This document shows positions 9,687-18,854 of a stretch of 64,000 nt of DNA, in pieces; the stretch's first letter is position 1, and each line of letters starts with the position of its first letter. The stretch is from NCBI GenBank assembly GCA_945867235.1, contig CAMBHS010000002.1:127-64126 (forward strand), given 5' to 3'. The DNA comes from Akkermansia muciniphila (GTDB taxonomy: Bacteria; Verrucomicrobiota; Verrucomicrobiia; Limisphaerales; SXQI01). A program made the translations under genes and the position numbers. Below the pieces are notes generated by a model. That model made no database searches. It was given only the letters and a program-made list of their open reading frames with translations, and had not been told where the DNA came from.

Positions 9687-9718
9687 TAGCCGGACGTAAC
9701 GCTGGGAATGAATGTGGA

Positions 9719-11551
9719 TCAGAATCCAGCCAGTGGTTCCAAGGGAAACTTCTTGGCGCGACGCAGTGCCATCTCAGCTTTTGCGGCCTCGGTCGATTGT
9801 TCTTGGGTGAGGTCGGGGTTTGAGGCTTGAGCACGGTATTGGTGCAAGCGTCGGTCGATCTGAGCATTGCGAAGGCGGAGCACTAGATCCTGTATCTGCT
9901 TTGAACTGTTGGGGTAGATTTGATCCGTGACGGCTGCTTCGATGAGGAGGGAACGTGCCTCGGAGTCCTCCGGCAAACACCCCAGCATGTGTGTCAGTGC
10001 AGGCCAAGACCCCTCATCCGTCGGATGAAGCCGAAGACTTAGCAATTGGCGCACTTTGGGGTGTTGTATCCATTCGAGGTCGAGGTGGGCCATCGTCCAT
10101 TCCAAGGAGTCTTCATCTTGGCAAAGAAACTTGAGCACCCACATTTCTTGATGGGAAGGAGGGGCAAGTTGTTCTTCATCCTCCGAGGGTGTGATCGGCA
10201 CTTCGGGGTTATCAGGCTGGACGTGACTTTGGTGAAGTTGTGAATGGGGAGCGAGTTTCTTAAATTCTTGCGCCGCACTCACACCAGAAACTCCAAGCCG
10301 AGCCGCCGTTTTCTGAGCGTATTTATCGATGATGACCGCATCACTCGTTTTGTAAACGGCTTCGGCCATCGTTTTGAGAATTTGGAGACGACCTTTGTCG
10401 GTATTGGGATCGTTGGCGGCACAGAGTTGATGGAGCAGGTAATCAAAGAAACCTTCGGCCATGTTTAATCGTTCTCGGAAGGCATCGGCACCCCTTTTTT
10501 TGATAAAGCTATCGGGATCATCCGGTGCGGGAATTGTGGCGACGCGAATTGCCAAGCCCACAGGTAATAAAGCATCAAAAGCGCGAACGGTGGCTTTTTG
10601 ACCCGCACTGTCGGCATCGAAACAGACCACCACCTCATTGGTGTATCGCTTGAGGAGGCGTGCATGGTCATGGGTGAGCGATGTTCCCTGGGGTGCAATG
10701 ACGTTTTGGATGCCAGCCATGTAGCACGCAATCATGTCGAGTTGCCCCTCACAGATCAGAGCGAAACCCGTGTCGAGAATGGCACGTTTACTTTTGTCCA
10801 ATCCATAAACCACGCGGCCTTTTGAAAAAATGGGGGACTCGGGCGAATTGACATATTTGGCAGTTTTTTCATCGCCGCTCAAAATGCGACCGCTGAATGC
10901 AATCACCCTGCCCTGTTCATCGCAGATTGGAAAAATTAAGCGGCCTCGAAATCGATCGTAATAGGAACGAGAGTCATCCTTAGAAAGAATCAATCCGGCC
11001 TGTTCAACTAGTTTGAGGTCGTGAGATTTGGATTTTGCCCAGTTCACTGTGTCATCCCAAGAATCGGGGGCGTATCCGATTCGGAATAATTTGATGGCTT
11101 CCTCTGAAACTCCTCGTTTTATAAGGTAATTGCGTGCGATTTCTCCGCTCGATTCGTTGGAAAAAGCACTCTGCCAGCGTAGGGTGATCTGTTCGTGAAT
11201 GTGGAGCAATGAATCCTTGATGGTTCTTGCTTCTTGGGCACCAGGAGTCTGGTCAAATTCTAGGGGAATCTTTGCTCTCTCCGCGAGTCTCCGGACTGCG
11301 TCCATGAACCCGATATTTTCATAATCCTTAACAAATGAAAAAACATCGCCCCCTTTACCACAGCCAAAACAGCGGAAAATTTGTTTTGCAGGATTAACAT
11401 TAAAACTGGGGGATTTCTCCTTGTGAAAAGGGCATAAGGCGACAAAATTGGTTCCGTTGCGTTTCAAAGGCACCACGTTGCCAATCACGTCCACGATGTT
11501 GCTGGCCGAACGCACCTGCTCGAGAGTCGAGGTTGAGAGAAAACTAGCCAT
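9719..11551 (-). CDS. dnaG: DNA primase
   Basis: The zinc ribbon is CPFHKEKSPSFNVNPAKQIFRCFGCGKGGD. A TOPRIM region follows, with LICEGQLDMI and VVVCFDADSAGQKA. I moved the start to MASFLSTSTLEQVR at 11551; the ORF track gives 11659. Confidence 0.9.
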   Translation of the reverse strand: MASFLSTSTLEQVRSASNIVDVIGNVVPLKRNGTNFVALCPFHKEKSPSFNVNPAKQIFRCFGCGKGGDVFSFVKDYENIGFMDAVRRLAERAKIPLEFDQTPGAQEARTIKDSLLHIHEQITLRWQSAFSNESSGEIARNYLIKRGVSEEAIKLFRIGYAPDSWDDTVNWAKSKSHDLKLVEQAGLILSKDDSRSYYDRFRGRLIFPICDEQGRVIAFSGRILSGDEKTAKYVNSPESPIFSKGRVVYGLDKSKRAILDTGFALICEGQLDMIACYMAGIQNVIAPQGTSLTHDHARLLKRYTNEVVVCFDADSAGQKATVRAFDALLPVGLAIRVATIPAPDDPDSFIKKRGADAFRERLNMAEGFFDYLLHQLCAANDPNTDKGRLQILKTMAEAVYKTSDAVIIDKYAQKTAARLGVSGVSAAQEFKKLAPHSQLHQSHVQPDNPEVPITPSEDEEQLAPPSHQEMWVLKFLCQDEDSLEWTMAHLDLEWIQHPKVRQLLSLRLHPTDEGSWPALTHMLGCLPEDSEARSLLIEAAVTDQIYPNSSKQIQDLVLRLRNAQIDRRLHQYRAQASNPDLTQEQSTEAAKAEMALRRAKKFPLEPLAGF

Positions 11552-11822
11552 CGATTTGATTGAACGGACACTAGCAGGACTTGTATGGGTTGGGGAAGGA
11601 ACACTCGAACAAATGTTCCAAGAGGTAAATGGGGTTAGCTCGACCAGTTTCACAAACAACTGTTGTGCATTAGTTTATGCCTGTTGCAACCGTAACAATG
11701 ATCAATCGCACGGTTGGAAAAGGTTTCGATCCCAGTGCTTGCATTAAAAATGTCTGGCGGGAGGACGCGTAAGGTTTCAGTATTCGGGGGAAGAGTTGCC
11801 TTTGTCAGTTGACCCAAGATAG

Positions 11823-12059
11823 ATGAAAGCGAAAATAACTGTCTCACCAAAAAAAGCGGTTTTAGATCCACAAGGTAAAACCGTTCAAAGTGCCCTAGAA
11901 CATATGGGCTACACGGGCATTCGTGCCGTGCATGTCGGTAAGTATTTAGAGATCGAAATCGAAGGCGATAAAGAGATCGTCCGGCAACAGATCGACGAGG
12001 CGTGCCGCAAATTGTTAAGCAATCCGGTGATCGAGGATTATCAGTTTACCCTCGAATAA
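11823..12059 (+). CDS. purS: Phosphoribosylformylglycinamidine synthase subunit PurS
   Basis: 78 aa. MKAKITVSPKKAVLDPQGKTVQSALEHMGY is typical of PurS. It lies immediately upstream of purQ and purL. Confidence 0.9.
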   Translation: MKAKITVSPKKAVLDPQGKTVQSALEHMGYTGIRAVHVGKYLEIEIEGDKEIVRQQIDEACRKLLSNPVIEDYQFTLE

Positions 12060-12125
12060 TTTTTGCTCCTGCGGAAACTGGCTCGATTATCGAGGCAGAA
12101 CCGCTTATGTTGTATTGCGTTCGAT

Positions 12126-12839
12126 ATGAATTTCGCTGTCCTGCAATTTCCCGCTTCTAATTGCGATCAAGATGCGGTCCATGTTCTGAAAAATGTCCTA
12201 GGCCATTCCGCACGACTCCTTTGGCACAAGGAAAACTCGCTCGGCGATGTGGATGGGGTCTTGATACCGGGAGGATTCAGTTATGGTGATTACCTTCGGA
12301 CGGGTGCCATTGCCCGTTTTAGCCCAATCATGAAGGCAGTCCAGTTGTTCGCCGAGAATGGGGGAATGGTTTTAGGAATTTGTAATGGATTCCAAATTTT
12401 GTGCGAGGCGGGTCTGCTTCCAGGAGCTCTGGTTCGCAATCGTTCGCTGCAATTTTGTTGTGAACGAGTTCACCTCAAAGTCGCCACGACACGGTCTGGA
12501 TTTACGCGGGCTATCCCTGAAAACAAATTGCTCCAAATCCCGATCGCTCATGGCGATGGATGTTATTTTGCTGACGAGTCAACGTTGGGTGAACTTCAAA
12601 AGAACGATCAAATCCTTTTCCAATACGCCACACCTCAAGGCATGTTGACCGATGCTGCCAACCCCAATGGATCGCTTTTGAACATCGCTGGGATCTGCAA
12701 TAAAAACCGCAATGTGGCAGGAATGATGCCCCACCCTGAAAGAGCCTCTGAAGGCTGGCTCGGAGGGACGGATGGTCGCCTGATTTTTGAAAGCTGGTTG
12801 CAGGAACTTACCGGCAGGAACAAACCTTCCGCCACTTGA
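12126..12839 (+). CDS. purQ: Phosphoribosylformylglycinamidine synthase glutaminase subunit PurQ
   Basis: Diagnostic blocks are FAVLQFPASNCDQD, GGFSYGDYLR, the nucleophile Cys in GICNGFQIL, and MPHPER. I set the start at the ATG at 12126. Confidence 0.9.
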   Translation: MNFAVLQFPASNCDQDAVHVLKNVLGHSARLLWHKENSLGDVDGVLIPGGFSYGDYLRTGAIARFSPIMKAVQLFAENGGMVLGICNGFQILCEAGLLPGALVRNRSLQFCCERVHLKVATTRSGFTRAIPENKLLQIPIAHGDGCYFADESTLGELQKNDQILFQYATPQGMLTDAANPNGSLLNIAGICNKNRNVAGMMPHPERASEGWLGGTDGRLIFESWLQELTGRNKPSAT

Positions 12840-12876
12840 ACCATTCTAATTCAAGAAATATTTACCCTTGTTATTT

Positions 12877-15189
12877 ATGAGGATCGATCCCGCCATTACT
12901 CCTGAGTTGGTTCAGAAACACGGACTGACACCGGACGAATTTGAGCGCATCAAAGCCATTCTCGGTCGGAGCCCGAATTACACGGAACTCGGAATTTTTT
13001 CGGTGATGTGGAGCGAGCACTGCTCTTACAAAAACACCCGTCCGTTATTGAAAGGCTTTCCAACGACGTCAGATAAAATTCTGGTAGGAGCAGGTGAAGA
13101 AAACGCCGGAATCATCGATATTGGAGATGGGTTGGCGATTGCATTCAAGATCGAGTCGCACAACCATCCCAGCGCGGTCGAACCCTTTCAGGGTGCCGCT
13201 ACGGGAGTCGGTGGGATCATCCGCGACATCTTTACAATGGGGGCTCGCCCAATCTGTGCATTGAATTCATTGCGCTTTGGAGAACTCAGCTCCCCCGAAG
13301 TCCGTCGATTGTTCAGCGGGGTTGTTTCCGGTATTGCCCATTACGGCAACTGTTTTGGAATTCCCACCCTCGCAGGAGAGGTTTATTTTGATAAATCCTA
13401 TGAAGGAAATCCTCTCGTTAATGTTTTTTGCCTAGGAGTGTTGCGGCACGAGCAGATTGCCCGAGGCGCGGCCAAGGGTGTAGGAAACCCCGTTTTTTAT
13501 GTGGGGCCTGCGACAGGACGTGATGGATTGGCCGGAGCGGCGTTTGCATCACAGGATCTCACGGAGGAATCCGCCGAACAACAACGTGGTGCGGTTCAAG
13601 TGGGGGATCCCTTCATGGAGAAGCTCGTGATGGAAGCCTGTTTGGAGTTGTTAGCCACCGGTTGCGTTGCAGGAATCCAAGACATGGGAGCCGCCGGATT
13701 GACCTGCTCAACCTGTGAAACAGCCGCCCGCGCGGGAACAGGGATCGAAATCGATCTTAGCAAGGTTCCGCAACGCGCACCGAACATGACTCCTTACGAG
13801 ATCATGCTGAGCGAATCACAGGAGCGGATGTTGATCATCGTCAAGAAGGGGCGGGAGAAAGAAGTGCAGACGATTTTTGACAAATGGGATCTGCCATGGG
13901 CAGAAGTGGGATTCGTCACGGACACGGGACAAATGGTCGTCAAAAACCACGGCGAATTGATCGTGAATATTCCGGCGAGCAAACTGGCGGATGAGGCTCC
14001 TATTTACCATCGAACCTCACGGGAACCCGCCTATCTGGAAAATGTTCGTCGGTTCACGCTGGAGAAAATCTCCGACACGGTCACGCCGGAGGCAGACCTC
14101 AAAGCCCTGCTCGCATGGCATTCGATCGCATCCAAAAATTGGGTTTATCGCCAATATGACCACATGGTCCGCAATGGCAGCGTGGTTTGTCCGGGCTCGG
14201 ATTCAGCCGTTGTCCGAATCAAGGAAGATTCGTTGCCGCTCCTTCCCGATGGCACGTTTGGCCCTCGGTTCACAGAGAAGCTGATCGCGCTCGCAGTCGA
14301 TTGCAATGCGACCTACGTGTATCTCGACCCTTACGAGGGAGCCAAGATTGCGGTGGCTGAGTGTGCCCGCAACCTCGCCTGCTCCGGAGCCATTCCATTG
14401 GGAACGACAGACAATCTCAATTTTGGAAACCCTCACAACCCAGAAATTTTCTACCAACTTAAAAAATCGGTCGAAGGACTGGCGGAGGGATGCCGGGCAT
14501 TTAATGCTCCGGTGACCGGAGGCAATGTCAGTCTTTATAACCAGAACCCGAACGGACCTATCGACCCAACACCCACGGTTGCGATGGTTGGGCTGATTGA
14601 GAAATGGGAATATGTCACCACACAATGGTTTAAGAACGAAGGCGATGTCATTGTGCTTTTAGGCGAGGTGATTGACTCATCCGATCCGCTTTTGGGAATG
14701 GGTGGGTCAGCCTATCTGCAACGCATCCACGGCTTAAAAACGGGAACGCCCCCGCGTTTGAATCTGGACAAGGAAAAACAACTCCATGACGGGTTACGTG
14801 CCCTGATTTATGCCGGCCTCGTGATGAGCGCGCACGATTGCAGTGATGGTGGTCTTGGGGTAACCTTGGCGGAATGTTGCATTTCGCAACAGATCGCCCG
14901 AGATACGCCCCGATTGATCGGCGCAACGATCGATTTAAGAAACAGCCCTGCGACCCGATTGGATGCCTTGCTTTTTGGTGAGAGCCAGAGCCGGGTCGTG
15001 ATTTCGGTCAATCCCAACAAATTAGCAGATGCGAAATCCGAAGCATCACAGCGTGGGATTAGTTTTAATGAGATCGGAACTGTGGGCGGTGATCTGTTGA
15101 CAATCCAGAGCAGTCACCGCACCGTAACTACCAAGTTGGCCGATCTACACGATCCATGGTGGAACGCGATCGGTCGTGCGATGAACTGA
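12877..15189 (+). CDS. purL: Phosphoribosylformylglycinamidine synthase subunit PurL (FGAM synthase II)
   Basis: About 770 aa. Diagnostic blocks are [33 protein letters not shown], and DCSDGGL. The start is either the ATG at 12877 or the TTG at 12868. Confidence 0.9.
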   Translation: MRIDPAITPELVQKHGLTPDEFERIKAILGRSPNYTELGIFSVMWSEHCSYKNTRPLLKGFPTTSDKILVGAGEENAGIIDIGDGLAIAFKIESHNHPSAVEPFQGAATGVGGIIRDIFTMGARPICALNSLRFGELSSPEVRRLFSGVVSGIAHYGNCFGIPTLAGEVYFDKSYEGNPLVNVFCLGVLRHEQIARGAAKGVGNPVFYVGPATGRDGLAGAAFASQDLTEESAEQQRGAVQVGDPFMEKLVMEACLELLATGCVAGIQDMGAAGLTCSTCETAARAGTGIEIDLSKVPQRAPNMTPYEIMLSESQERMLIIVKKGREKEVQTIFDKWDLPWAEVGFVTDTGQMVVKNHGELIVNIPASKLADEAPIYHRTSREPAYLENVRRFTLEKISDTVTPEADLKALLAWHSIASKNWVYRQYDHMVRNGSVVCPGSDSAVVRIKEDSLPLLPDGTFGPRFTEKLIALAVDCNATYVYLDPYEGAKIAVAECARNLACSGAIPLGTTDNLNFGNPHNPEIFYQLKKSVEGLAEGCRAFNAPVTGGNVSLYNQNPNGPIDPTPTVAMVGLIEKWEYVTTQWFKNEGDVIVLLGEVIDSSDPLLGMGGSAYLQRIHGLKTGTPPRLNLDKEKQLHDGLRALIYAGLVMSAHDCSDGGLGVTLAECCISQQIARDTPRLIGATIDLRNSPATRLDALLFGESQSRVVISVNPNKLADAKSEASQRGISFNEIGTVGGDLLTIQSSHRTVTTKLADLHDPWWNAIGRAMN

Positions 15190-15209
15190 GACCTGAGAAT
15201 CTTCTGCAC

Positions 15210-16670
15210 ATGTCACCCTATCCAAAACACTACTGCGGAGTTTTCGGCATTTACAATCACCCTAATGCGGGAGAATTGACCTATTACGGTCTCTACGCAT
15301 TGCAACATCGCGGACAGGAGAGTGCCGGCATTGTCACGAATGATGGTTCTCAATTCCATGTCCACAAAGGCATGGGGCTTGTCCCCCAGATATTCAACGC
15401 GGAATCCCTAGAAAAACTGAAGGGTTCTTCGGCTGTAGGACATACCCGCTACTCGACGACGGGATCCTCCCACCTTCGCAATGCCCAACCGTTGACGGTG
15501 GATTGTGCACGAGGCGAGATCGCCATCGCCCATAACGGCAACCTGACAAATGCGGTGCGGTTGCGCGACCAACTCGAGTCGCAAGGATCCATTTTCCAGA
15601 CGTCCGTTGATTCGGAGATCATTTTGCACCTGATGGCGCAACCCAATGTTAATGGTCATGAGAATAATCTGATCGAGACAATGCGCCGGATTGAGGGAGC
15701 CTATTCGCTGGTCATCATGACCGAGAACGAAATGATCGGCGTCCGTGATCCGCAGGGATTCCGTCCTCTTTCCTTGGGCAAAGTGGGTGAATCCTGGGTA
15801 CTTTCCAGTGAAACCTGTGCGTTCGACCTGATCCACGCCGAATTTGTGCGGGATGTCGAACCTGGCGAGATCGTGATCATCAATAAAGACGGTCTGAAAT
15901 CCATCCAGGCATTTCCCGAACCCAAACGGAGTGCGTTTTGTATTTTTGAATTCGTTTATTTTGCACGGCCTGACAGTAATATCGCCTCGCGCAATGTCTA
16001 TCGAACCCGTGTGGAAATGGGTCGCGAGTTGGCTCGGGAATATCCGATCAAGGCGGACGTCGTCATTCCGGTTCCGGATAGTGGAAATTCAGCTGCGTTA
16101 GGATACGCCATGGAATCAGGAATTCCATTTGAGATGGCTTTCGTCCGCAATCATTATGTGGGTCGTAGTTTCCTGCAACCCTCTCAATTGATCCGAGACT
16201 TCAATGTCCGCGTTAAATTAAATCTCATCAAGGAACTGGTGAGCGGCAAACGAGTGATCATCATTGACGACTCCATCGTCCGAGGAACAACCTGCAAAAC
16301 TCGTGTCAACAGCCTCAAAGAAGCAGGGGCAACCGAGGTTCATGTTCTGGTAAGTTGCCCGCCCCACATGCACCCGTGCGTGTATGGCATTGATTTCCCC
16401 GACCGAACAAAACTGATGGCAGCCAACTATTCGTTGGATGAAATTCGAGCTTACCTGAATGCAGATTCCTTGGCTTACCTGAGTGCCGATGGAATGGTAA
16501 AAGCGACGAACCTGCCCAAATCAAATTTTTGCATGGCCTGCTATGATGGGGATTACCCCGTCAAATACGATCCCCTCGTGGATAAACACATCATGGAACG
16601 TCGTCGAGCCCGAGTTCAAGGACTCGGCGAAGCTCTCCAAAAAGAGGAAATGCAGCCTCGCTTGCTTTGA
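15210..16670 (+). CDS. purF: Amidophosphoribosyltransferase
   Basis: The Ntn glutaminase Cys follows a short propeptide (CGVFGIYNH). Other blocks are HTRYSTTG, the PRPP motif VIIIDDSIVRGTT, and C-terminal 4Fe-4S Cys residues (CPPHMHPCVYG, CMACYDGDYP). Confidence 0.9.
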   Translation: MSPYPKHYCGVFGIYNHPNAGELTYYGLYALQHRGQESAGIVTNDGSQFHVHKGMGLVPQIFNAESLEKLKGSSAVGHTRYSTTGSSHLRNAQPLTVDCARGEIAIAHNGNLTNAVRLRDQLESQGSIFQTSVDSEIILHLMAQPNVNGHENNLIETMRRIEGAYSLVIMTENEMIGVRDPQGFRPLSLGKVGESWVLSSETCAFDLIHAEFVRDVEPGEIVIINKDGLKSIQAFPEPKRSAFCIFEFVYFARPDSNIASRNVYRTRVEMGRELAREYPIKADVVIPVPDSGNSAALGYAMESGIPFEMAFVRNHYVGRSFLQPSQLIRDFNVRVKLNLIKELVSGKRVIIIDDSIVRGTTCKTRVNSLKEAGATEVHVLVSCPPHMHPCVYGIDFPDRTKLMAANYSLDEIRAYLNADSLAYLSADGMVKATNLPKSNFCMACYDGDYPVKYDPLVDKHIMERRRARVQGLGEALQKEEMQPRLL

Positions 16671-16676
16671 GCTGAC

Positions 16677-17891
16677 TTAGCGTTGAAGCGATCTGATATT
16701 GGCGAGCAATTCCTTGACGCAGGCCTCTGCAAAGGCGGCGTCGTTGATTTGATGCGGCAATGAGACGACTCGAATGTCGTGGCGCAAGTTTTTCTTGATG
16801 GCTTCAAACAAGGCGTGGTCGGCTGCGGGATCGTGAAAAGGCTGTCCTGGAGCACTGATGTAACTGATCGCGCCCAAGGGAAGCATGACTGTTACGGGAC
16901 CGATGGAGGCATTCAGTTTTTCCGCAACCATGAGACCGACTTCCGCCGCCTCGGCGACCGAGGTTCGCATCAGCGTGACTTGCGGATTGTGGGCATAAAA
17001 GTTACGGGCTTTGAATTTTTCAGGGACGGTTTCTGGTCCGAAAAAATTTACCATGTCCAAACACCCCGGGCTGACAATGGCAGGAATTCCAAGCCGAGCT
17101 GCAGCCTCCAGTCGAGAGCGCCCCGCCGATAACATGCCTCCCACAATTTCATCGGCCCATTCTGTCGTCGTGATATCCAAAACCCCAGCAACCATGCCTG
17201 ATTCGATCAGGGATTCCATCACACGCCCACCTGTTCCCGTCGCATGAAAAATCAGGACTTCATATCCTTCCTGCTCCAGTAACTTGCGGGCGTGTTGAAC
17301 ACAGTCCGTGGTATTACCGAACATGCTGGCCGCAATGATGGGCTTGTTTTCGATTGTGGGGGGATCCGCCTCGACCATGCCGCAGATGGCTCCTGCCGCG
17401 TTCGTTAAAATTTGGGTGGAAATCCGATTTAATCCCGCCACATCGACAATGCTCGGGAACATCACGATATCTTTAACCCCGATATATTGTGAGGTGTTGC
17501 CACTTGCGAGTGTGGTTACCATTAATTTCGGAAAGCCAATGGGTAATGCACGCATCGCCGCAGTGCCGATCGCCGTGCCGCCCCCACCCCCCATGGATAT
17601 GACACCTTGGATTTTTCGTTCTCGATGCAATTTTGCGAGGATGATGGGTGCTGCTTGGGACATGGCTCGAACAGTCTCCCCTCGATCACGCCGCGCCACG
17701 AGAGTTGCCAGATCGATCCCTGCTAACGAAGCGACTTCGTCGCGGGTGATGTCCGGTTTAAGCGTGGGGGCGTCCAGTGTGCCCACATCGATCACTAGCA
17801 CCTGATGACCACGACGTTGGATGCATTTAGCCACAAAAGCATGCTCCTCACCCTTGGTGTCCATCGTTCCCAAAACCGCAATCGTTGCCAT
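16677..17891 (-). CDS. UPF0261 family protein (Tm-1-like ATP-binding domain)
   Basis: MATIAVLGTMDTKGEEHAFV...GGGGGTAIGTAAM...MFGNTT fits UPF0261 as I remember it. The protein is 404 aa. Confidence 0.65.
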   Translation of the reverse strand: MATIAVLGTMDTKGEEHAFVAKCIQRRGHQVLVIDVGTLDAPTLKPDITRDEVASLAGIDLATLVARRDRGETVRAMSQAAPIILAKLHRERKIQGVISMGGGGGTAIGTAAMRALPIGFPKLMVTTLASGNTSQYIGVKDIVMFPSIVDVAGLNRISTQILTNAAGAICGMVEADPPTIENKPIIAASMFGNTTDCVQHARKLLEQEGYEVLIFHATGTGGRVMESLIESGMVAGVLDITTTEWADEIVGGMLSAGRSRLEAAARLGIPAIVSPGCLDMVNFFGPETVPEKFKARNFYAHNPQVTLMRTSVAEAAEVGLMVAEKLNASIGPVTVMLPLGAISYISAPGQPFHDPAADHALFEAIKKNLRHDIRVVSLPHQINDAAFAEACVKELLANIRSLQR

Positions 17892-18042
17892 AAATGTTTT
17901 TGTAGTGTTTCGCTGCGATCAATAGCAGACAAAAGGGGTAAAAGCAGCAAAAACTACCAAAAATTGATGAACGAGTGTGTGGTGAATTATGATAATCCAG
18001 TTTTCCTTGAGTTCATGGCTCCTCGTTCAACATACTGGAGGG

Positions 18043-18777
18043 ATGGAATGGATCACATCACCAGAGGCTTGGATTAGCCTATTTACGTTAACGGTTTTGG
18101 AAATTGTGCTCGGGATCGATAACATCGTATTCATCTCCATCCTTGCGGGTAAACTGCCTGCGTCGGAACAAGAAAAGGCACGAAAAGTGGGGTTGATGCT
18201 CGCGTTGGGAACCCGCATTTTGCTCCTGTTGAGTGTGGCCTGGCTATCACGATTAACGACACCCCTGTTTACCATCGCGTCGCATGGTGTTTCAGGACGC
18301 GATATTATCCTTCTGGTCGGCGGGCTGTTTCTGCTTGCCAAATCCACTCATGAGATCCACGAAAAACTTGAAGGTGAGGACGGATCTGCGACGAAGCGGA
18401 TGACTCCAACATATATGAGTGTCATCATTCAAATCATGGTGCTGGATATTGTGTTCTCTCTTGATTCGGTCGTCACGGCGATCGGCATGGCGAAACATGT
18501 GCCTGTGATGGTCATTGCGGTTTGCTTGTCCGTTCTCTTCATGCTCTTTTTTTCAGGCTATATCAGCCGATTTATTGATAAGCATCCGACCATCAAGATG
18601 TTGGCATTGAGTTTTCTGCTCCTGATCGGGTGCAGTCTTGTCGCTGAGGCGTTTCATAAGGAGATTCCGAAAGGTTACATTTACTTCGCCATGGCCTTTT
18701 CTATCGGCGTCGAAATGATCAATCTGAATTTGCGTAAAAAGCGTTCCCCCGTGGAATTGCATCAACCTTACCGCTAA
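18043..18777 (+). CDS. TerC family integral membrane protein
   Basis: LEIVLGIDNIVFISILAGKLP and VLDIVFSLDSVVTAIGM are the duplicated TerC motifs. The protein has multiple TM helices. I set the start at the ATG at 18043 (MEWITSPE); the ORF-track start is 17989. Confidence 0.8.
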   Translation: MEWITSPEAWISLFTLTVLEIVLGIDNIVFISILAGKLPASEQEKARKVGLMLALGTRILLLLSVAWLSRLTTPLFTIASHGVSGRDIILLVGGLFLLAKSTHEIHEKLEGEDGSATKRMTPTYMSVIIQIMVLDIVFSLDSVVTAIGMAKHVPVMVIAVCLSVLFMLFFSGYISRFIDKHPTIKMLALSFLLLIGCSLVAEAFHKEIPKGYIYFAMAFSIGVEMINLNLRKKRSPVELHQPYR

Positions 18778-18854
18778 ACGTCAACGCGATCGCCCGCTAG
18801 GATCAAGGGATAATTCCGCTTTGCAATCGGCAGGTAGTTGTGAAGAGTTCGGGA

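Noticed and set aside
11552-11822. A purine or ZTP (pfl) riboswitch, or another leader RNA, in the 271-bp dnaG/purS divergent region.
   Set aside because: There is no match to the purine-riboswitch core. There is only a CUGGCG fragment, without the CCGCCUGGGC partner needed for a ZTP motif. Only short generic hairpins are present (GGAACA...TGTTCC, ACAACTGTTGT). The ORF-track ORFs here (11448-11747 plus strand, 11650-11871 minus strand) look non-coding.
17892-18042. A possible yybP-ykoY (Mn2+) riboswitch in the leader of the TerC-family gene.
   Set aside because: Only loose resemblances are present: AAAAGGGGTAAAAGCAGC versus the conserved GGGGAGUAGC, and TTCAACATAC versus UUGACAUAC. I could not build the four-helix pairing, and the segments are not in a convincing arrangement. 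A cmscan against RF00080 would settle it.
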